A DNA stretch of 64,000 nt. Source: Candidatus Poribacteria bacterium (GTDB taxonomy: Bacteria; Poribacteria; WGA-4E; WGA-3G). Position 1 is the stretch's first letter; every line of letters starts with the position of its first letter. The DNA lies in the NCBI GenBank assembly GCA_965215265.1, contig OZ244048.1, positions 1,664,001-1,728,000 of the forward strand. Direction: 5' to 3'. The notes beneath the pieces were generated by a model. That model saw nothing but the letters and a program-made list of their open reading frames with translations, searched no databases and was not told the DNA's origin. Of the stretch, positions 60,596 through 64,000 are shown one piece after another. Both the position numbers and the translations under genes were made by a program.

Positions 60596-62830
60596 ATGAC
60601 GAAATGGACAACGGTTTTTGTGTTGGTGGTGTTCTGCTTGGGATTTATGATATCGGTGAGCAGTGGTAAGGAATTACGGTTGGAAGATATTTTTCCGGCG
60701 GATCGGATTTTGGATGTGCAAATCAGTGTTGCAGAGGAAGATTGGGACACGATTCGGCATCAGTCGCGTGATTTTTACACGTCGCTGAGTGAGGCGCGGC
60801 GGTTGGAGCCGGTTGCGCATCCGTATACGTACGTTGATGCGAGTGTTAAGATTGATGGTGTAACATATCCGAGGGTAGGGTTGCGTAAAAAGGGTTTCAT
60901 CGGTTCGGAGAGTGCGGTGCGTCCGTCATTAAAAATTAAACTGAATCATGTTAACAAAGCGGGTGGGATAGATGGTTTGACGAATCTGACGTTGAATAAT
61001 AATAAACAGGATGTGCATTTGGTGAGTCAATATCTGGGGTATGGTTTGTTTAACGCTGCGGGTTTGCCGGCACCGCGGTGTGCTTATGCGAAGGTTAGTG
61101 TTAATGGCGTGAATCTTGGCATCTATTCGCATGTTGAAACGATGCGTGAGCCGTTGCTTATGCGTGTTTTTGGAAATAGCGATGGTTCGTTGTATGAGGG
61201 GACTGTTGTGGATTTTTATGAAGGGTGGGATATGAGTTTTGAGCATAAACGCGGAGGCGATGCGCGGGGACGTGCGAAGATTAATGCGTTGATTGAGGTT
61301 CTGGCTGGGGGTGAAGTGACTGAGGCTGCGATCGGTGAGTTGGTAGATTTGGATTCGTTTTATCGGTTCTGGGCGATGGAAGGGTTGCTCGGTTTTTGGG
61401 ATGGCTATTCTGGGAACAATAACAACTTTTTTATGTATCTGAACCCTGTGACGGATAAATTTCATTTCGTTCCGTGGGGTATGGATTCAGCGTTTACGGA
61501 GTTTAGCGAGTTGAAATTCATGAATGATTCGCGTGCGCCGATTTCAGTTAAGACACAAGGTTTAATAGCGTACAAGTTGTATCAGCTTGAGTCTGGGCGG
61601 GAGCGGTATGCGGGGGCGATGGCGGAGCTTCTCGAGAAGTATTGGGATGAAGGGTTCCTATTGGCAGAGCTGGATAGGATTTCCGCGTTGGTAACGCCAC
61701 ATCTGACTCTTTCGCAGCGTTATCCTGAGCAGGAAAGGGAAGAGAGGTGGCGTAAGGGGAGTTCGGTTTACGAAGATGCGCTTGATGAGACGCGTGAGTT
61801 TATCCGTGGTCGGCGTGCGAGTGTCGTGAAGGAGATGAGTGGTGGTATGCCGGTTTGGACAAAGCGGCCGAATCCGCCGTTTGTGCTGGATAAAGAAGGG
61901 AATTTTAAGAAGATGTTTGCAGGGGCCTTGGAGGGTACGCTAATGGATGCGGTAGGCAGCGGTGACCTTGAGGCGATTAATCGTCATGTGGCTGAGGGTG
62001 CGGATGTGAATGAGAACAACCAGCAACTTGAGATGGCACCGTTGGCTTGGGCATCGTTGACGGGGCAGCGGGACTCGGTTGCGCTGCTGCTTGAGCATGG
62101 TGCGGATATTAATGGCCGGAGCCGGGGCGATGGTGCTACGGCGTTGCATATTGCGGTGTTCTTAGGGCGTGTGGACATCGTATCCGTACTTCTGAAGGCG
62201 GGTGCGGATGTGACGGTGAAGAACGATGCTGGGCATACGCCTACGGGCGGTCTGTGGGCACCTTGGGAGATGACAGAGTTTATCGTAAAGCTGTTTGGGC
62301 TAGGGTTAAAACGTGAGGAGGTAGAAGCGGGCAGGGCTGAGATTGCGGAGCTGCTGAGTGTTGAGGGGTTGCCGTCGGTGGAGTCGAAGGAGGCGCGTGC
62401 ATGGGAAGCGGTATACACCGGTGACTTTAAGACGGTTAAGGCGGCTTTAGCAGCGGGTTTTGATGTGAACGCCAGAGATGAGCAGTTTGGAGCGACGTTA
62501 TTATCTTCGGCGGCCCTGATGGGGCATACGTCAATTGTTACGTTATTGCTTGAACATGGTGCCGATGTGAATGCGAAAAATGGTGATGGTGGTACGGCGT
62601 TGCACAACGCGGCGTTCTTGGGACGTGCTGAGAGTGTTAAAGTGCTGCTTGCGCATGGTGCGGATGTGACGGCGCGGAATCGAGATGGCGCGACGGCGAT
62701 GGAGGCTGCGACGCTTGACTGGGGCATCACAAAGTTCATCGTAGGAATGCTGAAAATAGAGGTTGATAGAGAAGAAGTGGAAGCTGGCAGAGCGAAGGTA
62801 GTGGTCCTGCTTTCGGGGGCTGGGGAATAA
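60596..62830 (+). CDS. Secreted CotH-family kinase fused to ankyrin repeats
   Basis: Signal peptide; GLRKKG, SLKIK, LTLNN, WDGYSGNNNNF, FVPWGMD; C-terminal GATALH..A..G...V..LL..GADV repeats. Confidence 0.88.
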   Translation: MTKWTTVFVLVVFCLGFMISVSSGKELRLEDIFPADRILDVQISVAEEDWDTIRHQSRDFYTSLSEARRLEPVAHPYTYVDASVKIDGVTYPRVGLRKKGFIGSESAVRPSLKIKLNHVNKAGGIDGLTNLTLNNNKQDVHLVSQYLGYGLFNAAGLPAPRCAYAKVSVNGVNLGIYSHVETMREPLLMRVFGNSDGSLYEGTVVDFYEGWDMSFEHKRGGDARGRAKINALIEVLAGGEVTEAAIGELVDLDSFYRFWAMEGLLGFWDGYSGNNNNFFMYLNPVTDKFHFVPWGMDSAFTEFSELKFMNDSRAPISVKTQGLIAYKLYQLESGRERYAGAMAELLEKYWDEGFLLAELDRISALVTPHLTLSQRYPEQEREERWRKGSSVYEDALDETREFIRGRRASVVKEMSGGMPVWTKRPNPPFVLDKEGNFKKMFAGALEGTLMDAVGSGDLEAINRHVAEGADVNENNQQLEMAPLAWASLTGQRDSVALLLEHGADINGRSRGDGATALHIAVFLGRVDIVSVLLKAGADVTVKNDAGHTPTGGLWAPWEMTEFIVKLFGLGLKREEVEAGRAEIAELLSVEGLPSVESKEARAWEAVYTGDFKTVKAALAAGFDVNARDEQFGATLLSSAALMGHTSIVTLLLEHGADVNAKNGDGGTALHNAAFLGRAESVKVLLAHGADVTARNRDGATAMEAATLDWGITKFIVGMLKIEVDREEVEAGRAKVVVLLSGAGE

Positions 62831-62843
62831 AGGGAGGTATCTG

Positions 62844-63132
62844 ATGGTGAGTTCAGAGACGAATGTTGAGGCTACTCAAGAAATATCAGCGGCGGCTCCA
62901 ATGACGTTGGAGGAATTTCTTGAAAACGATTAAGCAGTATGATGTTACGGAAAGGGCGTTAGCGTATATCACTTCGGGAACGCGGCTTGTGTGGGTTATC
63001 GAACCGGTCAGGAAAACGGTAATGGTCTATCGTTCTGAAACAGAGTTCGTGCTGCTTACGTGTGAAGATAGCATTAGCGGTGAGGATGTTATAGAAGGTT
63101 TTAGGTGTAGCGTCTTGCAATTTTTTGAATAG
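62844..63132 (+). pseudogene. Uma2-family endonuclease remnant with an internal deletion
   Basis: N-terminal MTLEEFLEND stops; the C-terminal AY..SGTRLVWVIEP..KTV.VYRS..L.GEDV..GF is in another frame; the PD-(D/E)xK core is missing. Confidence 0.75.
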
Positions 63133-63214
63133 ATTTTTTGAGTGGCTCGCGGATAGAGGTGGCCTCGGCTTCTCAAAGAGAGTTGTTGAGAATTAACGGT
63201 ATAGGGAGTGTGAC

Positions 63215-64000
63215 ATGGCGAAAGGGCTTGATTATTTTGATATTTTAGAGAGTGGTTCGGCTGATATCTATGAGATAGAAACGCATGCGTCGGGTGCTGA
63301 GGGGAGTCTACCGTTAACGGAGGAGATGCTGCTGCATCGTCCGAGTGGTGATATATTTGGTTTGAGTCATAATGCGGCGATGGGTTGGGCACCGACAGAG
63401 CTGCGTCGGGATGAGTTTCTGATTCTGAGTACGCAAGGTGGTATCCGTGCGCCGGATGGGCATCCTATAGCGCTGGGTTACCACACGGGCCATTGGGAAG
63501 TAGGTCTGTTGATGGAAGCGGTTGCGCATGAGTTGAAGGCGCTGGAGTCGATTCCGTTTGCGGGTTATTGTTCGGATCCGTGTGATGGTCGGACACAAGG
63601 TACAGTGGGTATGATGGATAGTCTAGCGTATCGAAACGATGCGGCGCAGGTATTTCGGAGACTGATTCGTTCTTTGCCGACGCGAAAAGGTGTGGTAGGT
63701 GTTGCGACGTGCGATAAAGGGTTACCTGCGATGATGATGGCGTTGGCATCGATGCGTGAGTTGCCGGCGATTCTTGTGCCGGGTGGTGTGACGTTGCCTC
63801 CGACGGTGGGTGAGGATGCGGGTAAAATTCAGACGGTTGGTGCACGTTTTGCGCATGGTGAGATAAGTTTACAAGATGCGGCAGATATGGGTTGCCGTGC
63901 GTGTGCGACACCTGGTGGCGGTTGTCAATTTCTAGGGACAGCGGCGACATCGCAAGTAGTGGGTGAGGCGTTAGGTATGAGTTTACCGCATAGCGCGTTG
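63215..64000 (+). CDS. YjhG/YagF-family D-xylonate dehydratase (IlvD/Edd family), partial
   Basis: Own translation: [48 protein letters not shown]; runs off the window end. Confidence 0.9.
   Translation, partial: MAKGLDYFDILESGSADIYEIETHASGAEGSLPLTEEMLLHRPSGDIFGLSHNAAMGWAPTELRRDEFLILSTQGGIRAPDGHPIALGYHTGHWEVGLLMEAVAHELKALESIPFAGYCSDPCDGRTQGTVGMMDSLAYRNDAAQVFRRLIRSLPTRKGVVGVATCDKGLPAMMMALASMRELPAILVPGGVTLPPTVGEDAGKIQTVGARFAHGEISLQDAADMGCRACATPGGGCQFLGTAATSQVVGEALGMSLPHSAL

Noticed and set aside
1-64000. DGR reverse transcriptase, avd or template repeat within the window
   Set aside because: No ORF with RT motifs, and no non-coding AAC-rich copy of the variable region was seen on either strand.
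1-64000. rRNA, tRNA (including selC) or tmRNA genes
   Set aside because: None recognised by eye; a tRNAscan-SE/Aragorn run would be needed to exclude them.

Overview
Bacterial chromosomal window, most likely from Candidatus Poribacteria, a marine sponge symbiont. This is inferred from the LamG/FGE/PhyH/dockerin/FlgD-type secreted paralogs, the shared C-terminal 'V.P..KL.TTW..IK' tail and an ankyrin fusion. Housekeeping blocks (gnd; rpsB-tsf-frr-cdsA-dxr-rseP-udg-priA; trpS; mqnE-mqnA-fur; iscU-iscA; sbcDC) alternate with accessory loci and several decayed genes. Main observations: (1) Two ORFs split in the six-frame track (48004-48924 and 46399-47988) read as one gene with an in-frame UGA. 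It encodes a full-length homolog of animal selenoprotein N (DDESC-U-GTGKSLR) with a bacterial SECIS-like hairpin, fused to TPR-like and TlpA thioredoxin domains. (2) Five FGE/C-type-lectin domains in two secreted proteins carry a diversity-generating retroelement (DGR) signature: hypervariable NNC codons, an invariant 3' end and a downstream palindrome. No reverse transcriptase (RT) or template repeat (TR) is present in the window. (3) A modular ~61-bp repeat family with conserved ends and variable cores occupies many intergenic gaps, supplies gene starts, ends and possible RBSs, and sits in the loop of the rpsB leader. (4) A type IIG restriction-modification gene is broken at a C8 tract and may be phase-variable.
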